Shown here piece after piece: positions 1 through 8,855 of a stretch of 64,000 bases of DNA. The notes under the pieces are model-generated. The model was not told the DNA's origin. It did not search any database and saw only the letters and a list, made by a program, of their open reading frames with translations. Position 1 is the first letter of the stretch. The number at the start of each line of letters is the position of its first letter. The stretch is taken from positions 124,001-188,000 of IMG/VR virus record IMGVR_UViG_3300032307_000369. One strand, written 5' to 3'. The translations under genes were made by a program, and so were the position numbers.

Positions 1-2
1 AA

Positions 3-158
3 GGATGGACATGGCCCGTTGCTCCAATCCTAGCAATTTTAAAAATTGCTGATGTAAACAATACTAAGATGAGTTTTAGTAACGAAGTTGGTGCTGTTAT
101 GATTACTCTTGATAGTGGTATTGCAACTTACAAATATATTGTTCCAGCGCAAGCCTAA
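3..158 (+). CDS. C-terminal end of a gene truncated by the window edge; possibly sliding clamp (gp45-like)
   Basis: Frame 3 reads GWTWPVAPILAILKIADVNNTKMSFSNEVGAVMITLDSGIATYKYIVPAQA*. The ending resembles clamp C-termini. Confidence 0.45.
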   Translation, partial: GWTWPVAPILAILKIADVNNTKMSFSNEVGAVMITLDSGIATYKYIVPAQA

Positions 159-162
159 ATAA

Positions 163-522
163 ATGATTAAAAACATCACTCCTTCTGGTAGATATATACA
201 GGTAACTGGTGGCAACGCCAGTACCTATATAAATGGTTATCCTGGAGCACAAGGTGTTGGCAATATGCGTTTTAATACTTCTAATCAAAACATGGAAGTA
301 TTTGATGGCAGTAATTGGATTATGCTCAACATGGATTATGTTAGTGTAGGTTTAAATGGAGAAGCAGAATCATTGTTAGACTGGGCACGTAAAAAGCGTG
401 ATGAAGAGATGGAAATACAAGCTCTTGCCCAAACTAATCCTGCTGTTAAAAATGCATTAGAAGCTGTTGAACGAGCAAAAGAACAATTAAAAATAATAAA
501 GGAATTATCAATTGAGCACTAA
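163..522 (+). CDS. hypothetical protein
   Basis: 119-aa ORF preceded by CTAAATA; contains GNMRFNTSNQNMEVFDGSNW. Confidence 0.75.
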   Translation: MIKNITPSGRYIQVTGGNASTYINGYPGAQGVGNMRFNTSNQNMEVFDGSNWIMLNMDYVSVGLNGEAESLLDWARKKRDEEMEIQALAQTNPAVKNALEAVERAKEQLKIIKELSIEH

Positions 523-2041
523 TCGTATCAATTATACAGAAACACAAAGAGACTATGCTGTGTACTTGCCAGCTATTAGTAGCTTCTATACTAAAATGGT
601 TAGTGACACACGTCATAATCACAAAAGTGGTGTAGAGCCAGCAAGGATGCCTAAAGGGTTTGAGCATGGTATTGAATCTATGAACTTTTTAGATGCTGAA
701 CGTGGAGCATTTACATACAAATATGGATTGTATTCAGCAGGTCATGCGCAACTTGATTTAGATAAAACTATGCTTCGAGATGCTATGGTGCAAGAGCGTG
801 ACCGAGACAACACAATTATTTTAGGTGACTCAGGCGGTTTCCAAATTGGTAAAGGTGTATTAAAGTTTGATTGGCAAGATTTTAAAGGCAAAGGTGCTAA
901 TAAAACTCGTGATCAAATTTTAAATTGGTTAGAGCTTACTGCTAACTGGAGTATGGTACTCGACGTGCCCACATGGGCAAGTAATGATTTACATCGTGAA
1001 AAAACTGGTTTGAATAATTTTCAAGATTGCTTAGATGCAACTATTTGGAATAATAATTATTTCGCACAGAATCGTCTAGGTAATACAAAATTTTTAAACG
1101 TGTTACAAGGTAACAGTTTAGAAGAAGCTGACATTTGGTATGATGCTGTTAAACATTTGCCATTTGAAGGTTGGGCAATGGGCTCACAGAACATGTGTAA
1201 TATGCCAATTATTTTGCATAGACTAATAACAATGCGTGATGAAGGCATGCTAGAAGGCAAAGATTGGATACACTTCTTAGGTACTGCTCCATTAGACTGG
1301 GCTTGCTACTTAACAAGTATACAACGTCAATTGCGTAAGCATTGCAATCCTAACATCACTGTTAGTTTTGACTGTGCAAGTCCTTACATTGCAGTAGCAT
1401 ATGGTCTTTCATATACAGACCCAAGTTTCCGTAGAGATAAATGGTCAATTTTGATGGAAAAAGCTCCAGATAATAAAATTTGGGCAGGTGATACCATACC
1501 ATTCCCATGGCGCAGTGCTATTGGCAATCGTTTGACTATGGGAGATGTTTGTTATTATAAACCTGGCGACTTAAACAAAGTTGGCAAAGAAGGTAAAACT
1601 AGTTGGGATAGTTTTAGTTATGGCTTGTACATGGCACATAATACTGAAGTACACATCCAAGCTGTGCAACGTGCTAATCAACTGATGGATATGGAAGTGG
1701 CACGTTATAAACCAGATTGGAGATACTGGCGTAAACTTAACGAACGAGAAGAAAAAAGTGATAGCCCAAGTGAATGGGTTCCTCGAAATATTCTATACTT
1801 TGATCGTTTTGTTCAAGAATTATTTGAAAGCGACGATCCACGCACAATGTTAAAACATGCACACAATTTCTTAACCGAATTGCAAGGCGGATTACAGCGT
1901 GGCAAAACTGGCAACGATGTTAAAAATCGTGTTATTAATGCAGTGTTTGATTTTGGTGAAGACACAATCCCATCAAATGAAGAATTAACTGACATGAACG
2001 ATGAAAAAATTGTTGCTCTTGAATCTACTTTGGATGATTGA
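512..2041 (+). CDS. dpdA: TGT-family guanine transglycosylase, DpdA-like (inserts 7-deazaguanine into DNA)
   Basis: DSGGFQ catalytic motif, MVLDVP, NVLQG, IHFLG and SFDCAS motifs of the TGT barrel. Clustered with folE, queE and a queD-like gene. TTG start. Confidence 0.8.
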   Translation: MSTNRINYTETQRDYAVYLPAISSFYTKMVSDTRHNHKSGVEPARMPKGFEHGIESMNFLDAERGAFTYKYGLYSAGHAQLDLDKTMLRDAMVQERDRDNTIILGDSGGFQIGKGVLKFDWQDFKGKGANKTRDQILNWLELTANWSMVLDVPTWASNDLHREKTGLNNFQDCLDATIWNNNYFAQNRLGNTKFLNVLQGNSLEEADIWYDAVKHLPFEGWAMGSQNMCNMPIILHRLITMRDEGMLEGKDWIHFLGTAPLDWACYLTSIQRQLRKHCNPNITVSFDCASPYIAVAYGLSYTDPSFRRDKWSILMEKAPDNKIWAGDTIPFPWRSAIGNRLTMGDVCYYKPGDLNKVGKEGKTSWDSFSYGLYMAHNTEVHIQAVQRANQLMDMEVARYKPDWRYWRKLNEREEKSDSPSEWVPRNILYFDRFVQELFESDDPRTMLKHAHNFLTELQGGLQRGKTGNDVKNRVINAVFDFGEDTIPSNEELTDMNDEKIVALESTLDD

Positions 2042-2056
2042 TTTATCCAATTTCCA

Positions 2057-2085
2057 TTGACTTTATCAAAGGTATAGTTTATACT
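2057..2085 (+). promoter_or_regulatory. sigma70-type promoter
   Basis: TTGACT-N17-TATACT; ATG at 2092. Confidence 0.7.
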
Positions 2086-2091
2086 AGTTTT

Positions 2092-2604
2092 ATGCTTAAC
2101 ACACAAGAACGTCAAGAAGTAACATATTTTACTGGGTACGAAGTTGAACATACCATTTGTCATGGTATGAAAACTTTGTTTGTGGTAGGAACTCCGCCAC
2201 TTGAAGATATCCTGTACAAAGCAATTCAAACTGATTGCAAACATATCTATTTTGGTACTAGTCAGAGTTTTAATCCAAAAGCTATCAGTCATGAAGAATA
2301 CAAAGCATGGGATGATGTTATTGTGGGCTGTTTGAAAGCAGACTACTGGGTTACATTAGACTTTGGTGTTGAACACATTGAAGGTGTATTGGAATCCTGT
2401 TACAGTGAATATCCTCGCTTTGTTCCTATGATTAGTGTTAAGTTACCTTACATTAATCAACTCAACTACAATGCCACACTTAAATTGGATGATAGAACTT
2501 GGGGTGCTACTAATCCAGGTGTGTGGACACATCAACTACATGACCTAATGAGTAAAGACAAGTATACTTATTGGGATCAATACACTCAAGATACACCAAC
2601 ATGA
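2092..2604 (+). CDS. hypothetical protein of the deazaguanine cluster
   Basis: Open frame. Start moved to ATG 2092, downstream of the promoter. Stop overlaps the next start (ATGA). Confidence 0.7.
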   Translation: MLNTQERQEVTYFTGYEVEHTICHGMKTLFVVGTPPLEDILYKAIQTDCKHIYFGTSQSFNPKAISHEEYKAWDDVIVGCLKADYWVTLDFGVEHIEGVLESCYSEYPRFVPMISVKLPYINQLNYNATLKLDDRTWGATNPGVWTHQLHDLMSKDKYTYWDQYTQDTPT

Positions 2605-2990
2605 AAATTAAACATGACATCCGTCCTAATAAAATGATTTGGGTTACTTTTCGCAAAGAAGGTATTCACAAATATCCTGCCGCACTTACAGATCCATCAC
2701 TTGCAACAGGTGATGAATATGATGTAAGTTTCCTAGGCTATCCGCATCGTCACATCTTCCACTTTAAAGTATGGATTGGTGTTACACACGATGATCGCGA
2801 TATTGAATTTATCCAGTTTAAACGCTGGTTGGAAAAACTGTATGCAGAAGGTACACTCCAACTAGACTACAAGAGTTGCGAAATGATGTCAGGTGATTTA
2901 TATGACGTCATTAGCAAGAAGTATCCTAATCGTGAGATTTGGATTGAGGTCTCCGAAGATGGAGAAAATGGTTCTTTTATCAAGTATTAA
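2601..2990 (+). CDS. QueD/PTPS-like T-fold protein (DpdL-like)
   Basis: LGYPHRHIFHF (LxxxHRHxF) metal-binding motif, SCEMM and IEVSEDGENG; next to dpdA. Confidence 0.75.
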   Translation: MKIKHDIRPNKMIWVTFRKEGIHKYPAALTDPSLATGDEYDVSFLGYPHRHIFHFKVWIGVTHDDRDIEFIQFKRWLEKLYAEGTLQLDYKSCEMMSGDLYDVISKKYPNREIWIEVSEDGENGSFIKY

Positions 2991-3010
2991 CATTTTAAGG
3001 AAATTATAAA

Positions 3011-3250
3011 ATGGCGCAACCTGCATGGCTTAACAAATATCTAACTATGAAGCCTGAAGTAACTAAGATCTTTGATGATCTTGAAGCCTGGCACGATCAT
3101 TGCCGATTGGAGCTAATCAATTTTAACCCAGCAGACATGTATAAGTCTGATGTTTATCGCGACTGGAATCGTCGTAAAAATAGCAAACCACGTCATTTTA
3201 AAAATGACTTTAATCGTAACAACAATTATAAAAAGCCATATCGTCAATGA
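3011..3250 (+). CDS. hypothetical protein with basic C-terminus
   Basis: 79-aa ORF with AAGGA SD. Confidence 0.7.
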   Translation: MAQPAWLNKYLTMKPEVTKIFDDLEAWHDHCRLELINFNPADMYKSDVYRDWNRRKNSKPRHFKNDFNRNNNYKKPYRQ

Positions 3251-4332
3251 TATACATTGTTGATTTAGAAGCAGTTGAAACAAGGTACACGGGGCAATGG
3301 AAGCACCATGTACCTGAACTCTTACGAAAGGCAGGACACAATGTTCAAATTATATCTGGCCCTACGGATATCCCTTCTGCAACCACTCCTGGCGCTTTTC
3401 TTAATTTTGGTGGTACCAATATATACAAAGCTAGTCAAGTGGAGCAATTGGGCCGTTTATTTTGTAGCGGAGCCATTCATCCCGGTGATCACTTTATTTT
3501 TACTGATGCTTGGCATCCGGGCATTATAAACTTAAAGTACATGAGTGAGTTACTGGGTATTCCAGTAACAACACATGGCTTGTGGCATGCAGGTAGTTAT
3601 GATCCGCAAGACTTCTTAGGTCGTCTTGTCGGTGACAAGCCTTGGGTCAGACATGCTGAGAAAAGTTTTTTCCATTCGTTTGATCACAATTACTTTGCTA
3701 CAGACTTTCACATTGACTTGTTTATTAAAAATCTGTTTGAGATTAAACGTGAAGTATTTGTCAAACATCAAATTGATGAATATGTAGCAAGTGGAAAGAT
3801 AGTACGCTCAGGATGGCCCATGGAATATATGGACGGAACATTAACAATGTATAAGAATATGCCCAAGCGTGATCTTATCCTGTTCCCTCATCGAATTGCT
3901 CCAGAGAAGCAGGTTGAAATCTTTAGAGATCTAAAAGAACACTTGCCACAATATGAATTTGTAGTATGCCAAGATCAGCAATTAACAAAAAATGAATATC
4001 ATAATTTGTTAGGCGAAGCAAAGATGGTATTCAGTGCTAACCTACAAGAAACACTGGGTATTAGTTGTTACGAAGGCGCAGTAGTAGACGCTATTCCCAT
4101 GGTGCCTGATAGACTAAGCTATAGTGAAATGTACTATGACATTTTCAAATATCCAAGTATATGGACTGAAAGTTTTGAATCTTATCAAGCACATCGTCCA
4201 AATTTGTGTTTTGCAATTATGCAACACATGGATCATTATGAAACTAGATTGCCAAAACTAAAAAGTCAAACTATTGATTTAACTAACAACTTCTTCAGTG
4301 CAGGTAAATTAATTGAGCAACTCAAACAATAG
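3247..4332 (+). CDS. GT-B fold glycosyltransferase (GT4-like)
   Basis: FPHRIAPEKQ and SANLQETLGISCYEG (ExxGxxxxE) motifs. Confidence 0.8.
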   Translation: MIYIVDLEAVETRYTGQWKHHVPELLRKAGHNVQIISGPTDIPSATTPGAFLNFGGTNIYKASQVEQLGRLFCSGAIHPGDHFIFTDAWHPGIINLKYMSELLGIPVTTHGLWHAGSYDPQDFLGRLVGDKPWVRHAEKSFFHSFDHNYFATDFHIDLFIKNLFEIKREVFVKHQIDEYVASGKIVRSGWPMEYMDGTLTMYKNMPKRDLILFPHRIAPEKQVEIFRDLKEHLPQYEFVVCQDQQLTKNEYHNLLGEAKMVFSANLQETLGISCYEGAVVDAIPMVPDRLSYSEMYYDIFKYPSIWTESFESYQAHRPNLCFAIMQHMDHYETRLPKLKSQTIDLTNNFFSAGKLIEQLKQ

Positions 4333-4891
4333 AACGATTGTAGAAGAAAATGACGTATTTAAAAAATATAATTTTTCTTCTATAATATCTCCGCAAGATG
4401 AATCACTTGCAAAACAAGACATCAAAAATATAATTGAAAGTGGAAACTATTTTAAAAATAGTCCAAAGTTTCAAACCTCTGAAAATGTGTTTGCTAGAAC
4501 TGAACAACATTGGCTTAAACTTCGAATGAGTTTTATTTTTAGTTGTTTTATGTATTTGGGCAAAGAAGTTCAAATTAAAAATATGCAAGCATGGAGTTTC
4601 ATGACCAATAATGACATTGTTGAAGATCGTGATGATCTTTGGCACACCCATCATTTGACCAAAGAAAATAATTCTTTATCTGCAATTTATTATTTGCATA
4701 TACCAAATGATGCTGTATATATGCTAAGTGGTACTGAGTTTGCTCCTAACGGAGTTAAAGAGCAGGAACGTTTGGTAGTAACCCCCGCTAGTCAAAGTTG
4801 GCTAGTTTATCCCAGTGACCAATGGCACAGACCGATGCCACCTCAATCAAAAGAGTATCGGTTTATTGTTGCCGCAGATATGGAGTATTAA
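4313..4891 (+). CDS. putative 2OG-Fe(II) oxygenase
   Basis: WHTH...SAIYYLHIP...GTEF...YPSDQWH...RFIVAAD pattern of a DSBH oxygenase. Confidence 0.6.
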   Translation: MSNSNNRTIVEENDVFKKYNFSSIISPQDESLAKQDIKNIIESGNYFKNSPKFQTSENVFARTEQHWLKLRMSFIFSCFMYLGKEVQIKNMQAWSFMTNNDIVEDRDDLWHTHHLTKENNSLSAIYYLHIPNDAVYMLSGTEFAPNGVKEQERLVVTPASQSWLVYPSDQWHRPMPPQSKEYRFIVAADMEY

Positions 4892-4892
4892 T

Positions 4893-5207
4893 ATGAAATG
4901 GTTTGATAAATGGATTATGAAAAAAGCAGAGAACATTATGCGAAAGGACAGGGAAGTTGATAGTGGGCTTGTACCATATAACCTAGCTTCTACTAAACAA
5001 ATTAGACCTATAGAAGTTTCTGATTCATTGGACACTAGGGCTGTAAAATTCAAAATGTACAAAGCCAGTGGCGGTACCATTATTGAAACAGCTATGTACG
5101 ATGATAGAAAAGACAGACACAATATTAGTTTATATGTTATTACCAATGACAAGGATTTAGGCAGTGAAATTGGTAAAATCATAACTATGGAAAGTTTAAA
5201 AGTTTGA
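4893..5207 (+). CDS. hypothetical protein
   Basis: ATG 4893 directly follows the upstream stop, with GGAG SD. Confidence 0.7.
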   Translation: MKWFDKWIMKKAENIMRKDREVDSGLVPYNLASTKQIRPIEVSDSLDTRAVKFKMYKASGGTIIETAMYDDRKDRHNISLYVITNDKDLGSEIGKIITMESLKV

Positions 5208-5233
5208 CATATGATCCTAAATAATGTTATAAT
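5204..5233 (+). promoter_or_regulatory. sigma70 promoter with embedded late-type TAAATA box (folE)
   Basis: TTGACA-N18-TATAAT with extended TG; CCTAAATAAT lies in the spacer. Confidence 0.7.
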
Positions 5234-5259
5234 TAACTTGTTTAGTATAGGAATCAATA

Positions 5260-6009
5260 ATGACATCAAAAAATAATGAAACAGGCTTAGACGCAATGGC
5301 AGGCGATGGCGGATATAAAGAAGCATATCTAGCAGATGTAATTCGCTTTAAAATGAAACGTGATCAAAAACGTTTTTGGGCAGGTGACAATGTATCAGAT
5401 TATGTCACTGAAGAAATGAAACACAAGCTCATTGACGAAGCAACTGAAGCATTTGAACTAGTACTAGATCGATTGCTTATTGATCGAGAAAATGATCCTA
5501 ACTCGCATGGTACAGCCCGCCGACTGGCTAAAATGTACTTTAATGAAATAATGGCAGGAAGATATGAACCAGCACCAGATTGTACAGCATTTCCAAATGA
5601 CTCGGCGGACCGTTATGAGGGTATGTTGGTTGTTCGTAGTGAGCTTCGCAGTATGTGTAGCCATCATCACCAACCCGTTGCTGGCGTTGCTTATATTGGC
5701 ATTATTGCTGCCGAGAAACTCATTGGACTCAGCAAATACACACGCATCGCACAGTGGTGTGCAAGACGAGGTACTCTCCAGGAGGAACTTTGTAATGACA
5801 TTGCTAGGGAGATCCAAAAAGCAACAAACTCCCAAAACGTAGCAGTCTACATTCAAGCCACACATGGTTGCTGTGAGAATCGCGGCATTATGGCTCACAG
5901 TTCATTAACACAAACAACTGTACTAACTGGTACGTTTAAAACTGATCCAGGAGCGAAAAAAGAATTTTTTGATAACATTAAATTACAACAAGAGTTTGCT
6001 CCTAGATGA
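5260..6009 (+). CDS. folE: GTP cyclohydrolase I
   Basis: SMCSHH, IGLSKYTR, LQEE and HGCCENRG motifs. Confidence 0.95.
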   Translation: MTSKNNETGLDAMAGDGGYKEAYLADVIRFKMKRDQKRFWAGDNVSDYVTEEMKHKLIDEATEAFELVLDRLLIDRENDPNSHGTARRLAKMYFNEIMAGRYEPAPDCTAFPNDSADRYEGMLVVRSELRSMCSHHHQPVAGVAYIGIIAAEKLIGLSKYTRIAQWCARRGTLQEELCNDIAREIQKATNSQNVAVYIQATHGCCENRGIMAHSSLTQTTVLTGTFKTDPGAKKEFFDNIKLQQEFAPR

Positions 6010-6182
6010 ATTTAGACTTTGAAACACAAAACAAATACTATTTAGAATACAACATCAAAGCAGTAGAGTTAGGTGTAATGTGTAATCAGTATCCTGCGCT
6101 TCAAAAAGCGTGGGATCAATTTAAAACCGTTTACGAACTTTGTAAGGAAGAAAGCGATGAAGATTACCAGTCATTTCCTTAA
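6006..6182 (+). CDS. small hypothetical protein (58 aa, absent from ORF track)
   Basis: ATGA overlap with folE stop. Reads MNLDFETQNKYYLEYNIKAVELGVMCNQYPALQKAWDQFKTVYELCKEESDEDYQSFP. Confidence 0.65.
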   Translation: MNLDFETQNKYYLEYNIKAVELGVMCNQYPALQKAWDQFKTVYELCKEESDEDYQSFP

Positions 6183-6642
6183 TTGGTTAGATAAGAGAGG
6201 AAGAAAGCGTATTGTTATGGATCGTCAAAGTGATGACCCGTATTTAGAACGCTATTATTTGTTTTTAAAAGACAGAGATAATTTTCCTTTTAACGTATTC
6301 TTACACAAGTTTTTAAAAGGTGATCCTGACGATGTTCATGATCATCCATGGCCTTATGCTACACTGATACTCAAAGGTGGATACTACGAATGGATTCCAC
6401 AATTTAACTCAGATGGTACTAAAAGTTGTGAAGTACGCAAATGGCGTGGTCCTGGGCATTTCCGCATTTGTAGTCCAAACAGTTATCATCGCATCGAGCT
6501 AAAAGAAGGTGTAACAGCATGGACACTGTTTATGCCTGGACCTAAAAAACGTGATTGGGGATTTTTAGTTAATAACAAATGGATCCAACACGAACAATAC
6601 CTTAAGGAAAGATATGAGCAAGCGCATAATAACATACACTGA
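6157..6642 (+). CDS. cupin-fold protein
   Basis: HDHPW...LILKGGYYE...HRIEL...WTLF cupin motifs. Confidence 0.75.
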   Translation: MKITSHFLNWLDKRGRKRIVMDRQSDDPYLERYYLFLKDRDNFPFNVFLHKFLKGDPDDVHDHPWPYATLILKGGYYEWIPQFNSDGTKSCEVRKWRGPGHFRICSPNSYHRIELKEGVTAWTLFMPGPKKRDWGFLVNNKWIQHEQYLKERYEQAHNNIH

Positions 6643-7168
6643 ATTTAAAAATTTAGTTAGTAGTCTGTGCAGACAAATAACTCTTAGCGAGTGGAAACCA
6701 GACTACATTGTTGGCATTAGTAGAGGTGGCCTACTACCAGCAGTTATGATCAGTCATTATCTAAATGTTCCAATGCGACCATTGCAAGTAAGTTTACGAG
6801 ATGGTGGCGAATGCGTTAGCGATTTAGGTATGGCTGAAGATGCTTATGGGTATGTTAATATAGAAGACAGAGAATTCAATGATGGCGAATCTAGTAACGT
6901 ATTGTCTAGAAAAAACATACTAATAGTAGACGACATTAATGACCAGGGTAACACAGTCAATTGGATTTTAAATGATTGGCCTAGTGGTTGTATGCCTAAC
7001 GACAAGTCCTGGGAAACTGTTTGGAACAACAATGTAAAATTTGCAGTCTTATTTGATAACTTGGCAAGTAAAGCATCTATTAAAATGGACTTTGCAGGAG
7101 AAGAAATTAATAAATCTGTAAACGATGTATGGATTGAATTTCCTTACGAAGAATGGTGGACAAAATGA
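6614..7168 (+). CDS. purine phosphoribosyltransferase (Gpt/XGPRT-like)
   Basis: IVGISRGGLLPA, PRPP-binding ILIVDDINDQGNT, and WIEFPYE C-terminus. Confidence 0.85.
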   Translation: MSKRIITYTEFKNLVSSLCRQITLSEWKPDYIVGISRGGLLPAVMISHYLNVPMRPLQVSLRDGGECVSDLGMAEDAYGYVNIEDREFNDGESSNVLSRKNILIVDDINDQGNTVNWILNDWPSGCMPNDKSWETVWNNNVKFAVLFDNLASKASIKMDFAGEEINKSVNDVWIEFPYEEWWTK

Positions 7169-7563
7169 CCGACTTATATAAAGTAGTTCTAACTGAACCA
7201 GCATTTATAGAAGATTCAAAAAATGCACCGTGGGATAATTTGATTGAGGAAGACTTTCACGTTAAAGTATTTGCAGACAAATATCCAGTTACAGAAGGAC
7301 ACTTGTTGTTTATACCAAAGTATAATACTACACATGTTTTAGCAGACGCTATGAACGATGCTGTTCAACTAGGAATAAAAAAAGTACAGGCAGGTGAATG
7401 GGATGGATTTAATGTAGGGCTCAATATAGGGTTGGCTGCAGGACAAACTGTAGATTGGCCACACGTACATTTAATCCCAAGACGTAAGGGTGACATGGAA
7501 GATCCAACAGGCGGAGTACGTCACGTCATTCCAGAAAAAGGTAATTATAGGAAAACAAAATGA
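7165..7563 (+). CDS. HIT family nucleotide hydrolase
   Basis: DKYPVTEGHLLFIPK and AGQTVDWPHVHLIPR. Confidence 0.9.
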   Translation: MTDLYKVVLTEPAFIEDSKNAPWDNLIEEDFHVKVFADKYPVTEGHLLFIPKYNTTHVLADAMNDAVQLGIKKVQAGEWDGFNVGLNIGLAAGQTVDWPHVHLIPRRKGDMEDPTGGVRHVIPEKGNYRKTK

Positions 7564-7763
7564 AAAATCAAATCGTTGAAACACTAGAACAACACTTTGA
7601 AGCACACATTCGTAAGCACAAAATGAATGTAGATATTATGTTAGCAAACCCAATGGCTATTCATGATCACACCGATCTAATGGATGCTATTGAAAAAGAA
7701 GTTGCGCAAATTGCAGAGTACATGGATAAACTAGAAGTAATGGAAAAATACTTTAAGGATTAA
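7560..7763 (+). CDS. hypothetical protein
   Basis: 67-aa helical ORF, translationally coupled to the upstream gene. Confidence 0.7.
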   Translation: MKNQIVETLEQHFEAHIRKHKMNVDIMLANPMAIHDHTDLMDAIEKEVAQIAEYMDKLEVMEKYFKD

Positions 7764-7765
7764 TT

Positions 7766-7954
7766 ATGAAGTGTCAAACTTGTGGTAACGAATATAGTAC
7801 AACGTGTGATTATAGGCAAGGAAGATGTCCACATCATGCCTCAATGTCTTCGCAAATATTGGCTAGCCCTTATTACACAAGATACATAAACTTGTTTAAA
7901 TCTATCAAAAACTTTTTTACAAAAGGTGACTGCGATTGCGGTCATAAACACTGA
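7766..7954 (+). CDS. small Cys-rich hypothetical protein
   Basis: CxxC...C...CPHH; AAGGA SD. Confidence 0.6.
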   Translation: MKCQTCGNEYSTTCDYRQGRCPHHASMSSQILASPYYTRYINLFKSIKNFFTKGDCDCGHKH

Positions 7955-7955
7955 C

Positions 7956-8474
7956 ATGGCTCAATTATTTCGAATAACTCCTTTAGAAAAGAAAAACATT
8001 GAATTTTACGTTGATGTTTATGAAACATTACCTAATGGCGATATTAGAGGATTTATTGTTAGTGAGTGGTATCGTTGGGGTCAAGGTTTTCGTGAGCTAG
8101 ATGATCCTGTATTAGACTACGGTAACGGAGTAAATTCTATATATTGTAGCACTAATATTGGTTGGGGTTGTGAGCTTGACGATTTGTGTTCTGTATATGT
8201 TGAATTTCAAGGCGAGTTTACCGACGATGAAAAAGAAGAAATTGAAAAACGATGTCGTGGTGACTTAGAAGATGATGATGGACGTTGGGGTACTTCTTGG
8301 ATATTTGACGGTGATCATAATTGGCAAGTTGAAGATGACGGGGTTTTAATTTATGGTCCAGTAAAAATTGACCTTGTTGATGAAGATGCTTATAACGAAG
8401 TCATTAAAGAAGACATAGGTATGGAAAAATATCAACCTACTGCTTGGCCATTTAGTGACAAAAAAGATGAGTGA
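7956..8474 (+). CDS. acidic hypothetical protein
   Basis: Open frame; ATG 7956. Confidence 0.7.
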   Translation: MAQLFRITPLEKKNIEFYVDVYETLPNGDIRGFIVSEWYRWGQGFRELDDPVLDYGNGVNSIYCSTNIGWGCELDDLCSVYVEFQGEFTDDEKEEIEKRCRGDLEDDDGRWGTSWIFDGDHNWQVEDDGVLIYGPVKIDLVDEDAYNEVIKEDIGMEKYQPTAWPFSDKKDE

Positions 8475-8667
8475 TGCTACCGTAAAAATTGATTGGGACA
8501 ATCAAAATGGCTTTTGGTGGAATGAAACCTGTGCTATGGTATTAGAAGTGTTTGGGTTACCTGGAGATCGATATACAAGTCACCCTAAAGAAGATGCCAT
8601 GTTTTTCATTTTTAATAATGTAAAGGATGCAGACCTATGTCGGATATTACTAAGCGAGAGATTGTAA
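8467..8667 (+). CDS. hypothetical protein
   Basis: Short ORF within the operon. Confidence 0.6.
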   Translation: MSDATVKIDWDNQNGFWWNETCAMVLEVFGLPGDRYTSHPKEDAMFFIFNNVKDADLCRILLSERL

Positions 8668-8855
8668 AAATATCATTATTTGCCTTTATTGCTATTATTG
8701 CGATGTTTGCATCAATATATTACAGTATTCCAAAAAAAGGCGATGTAATCAAAATTGATTGTAGACTATCAGAAATAAGTCCAGATATTCCAATTTGGGC
8801 AAAACAAGAATGTCGTAAAAAACAGTTAGAATTGTTTGACAAACAACCTAAATAA
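8637..8855 (+). CDS. small membrane protein
   Basis: One hydrophobic segment (ISLFAFIAIIAMFASIYY) and a Cys pair. Confidence 0.6.
   Translation: MSDITKREIVKISLFAFIAIIAMFASIYYSIPKKGDVIKIDCRLSEISPDIPIWAKQECRKKQLELFDKQPK

Noticed and set aside
512-2041. tRNA-modifying Tgt
   Set aside because: It is long and divergent, lacks the CxCxxC zinc motif of bacterial Tgt, and its context fits DNA-acting DpdA better. A tRNA target is not formally excluded.
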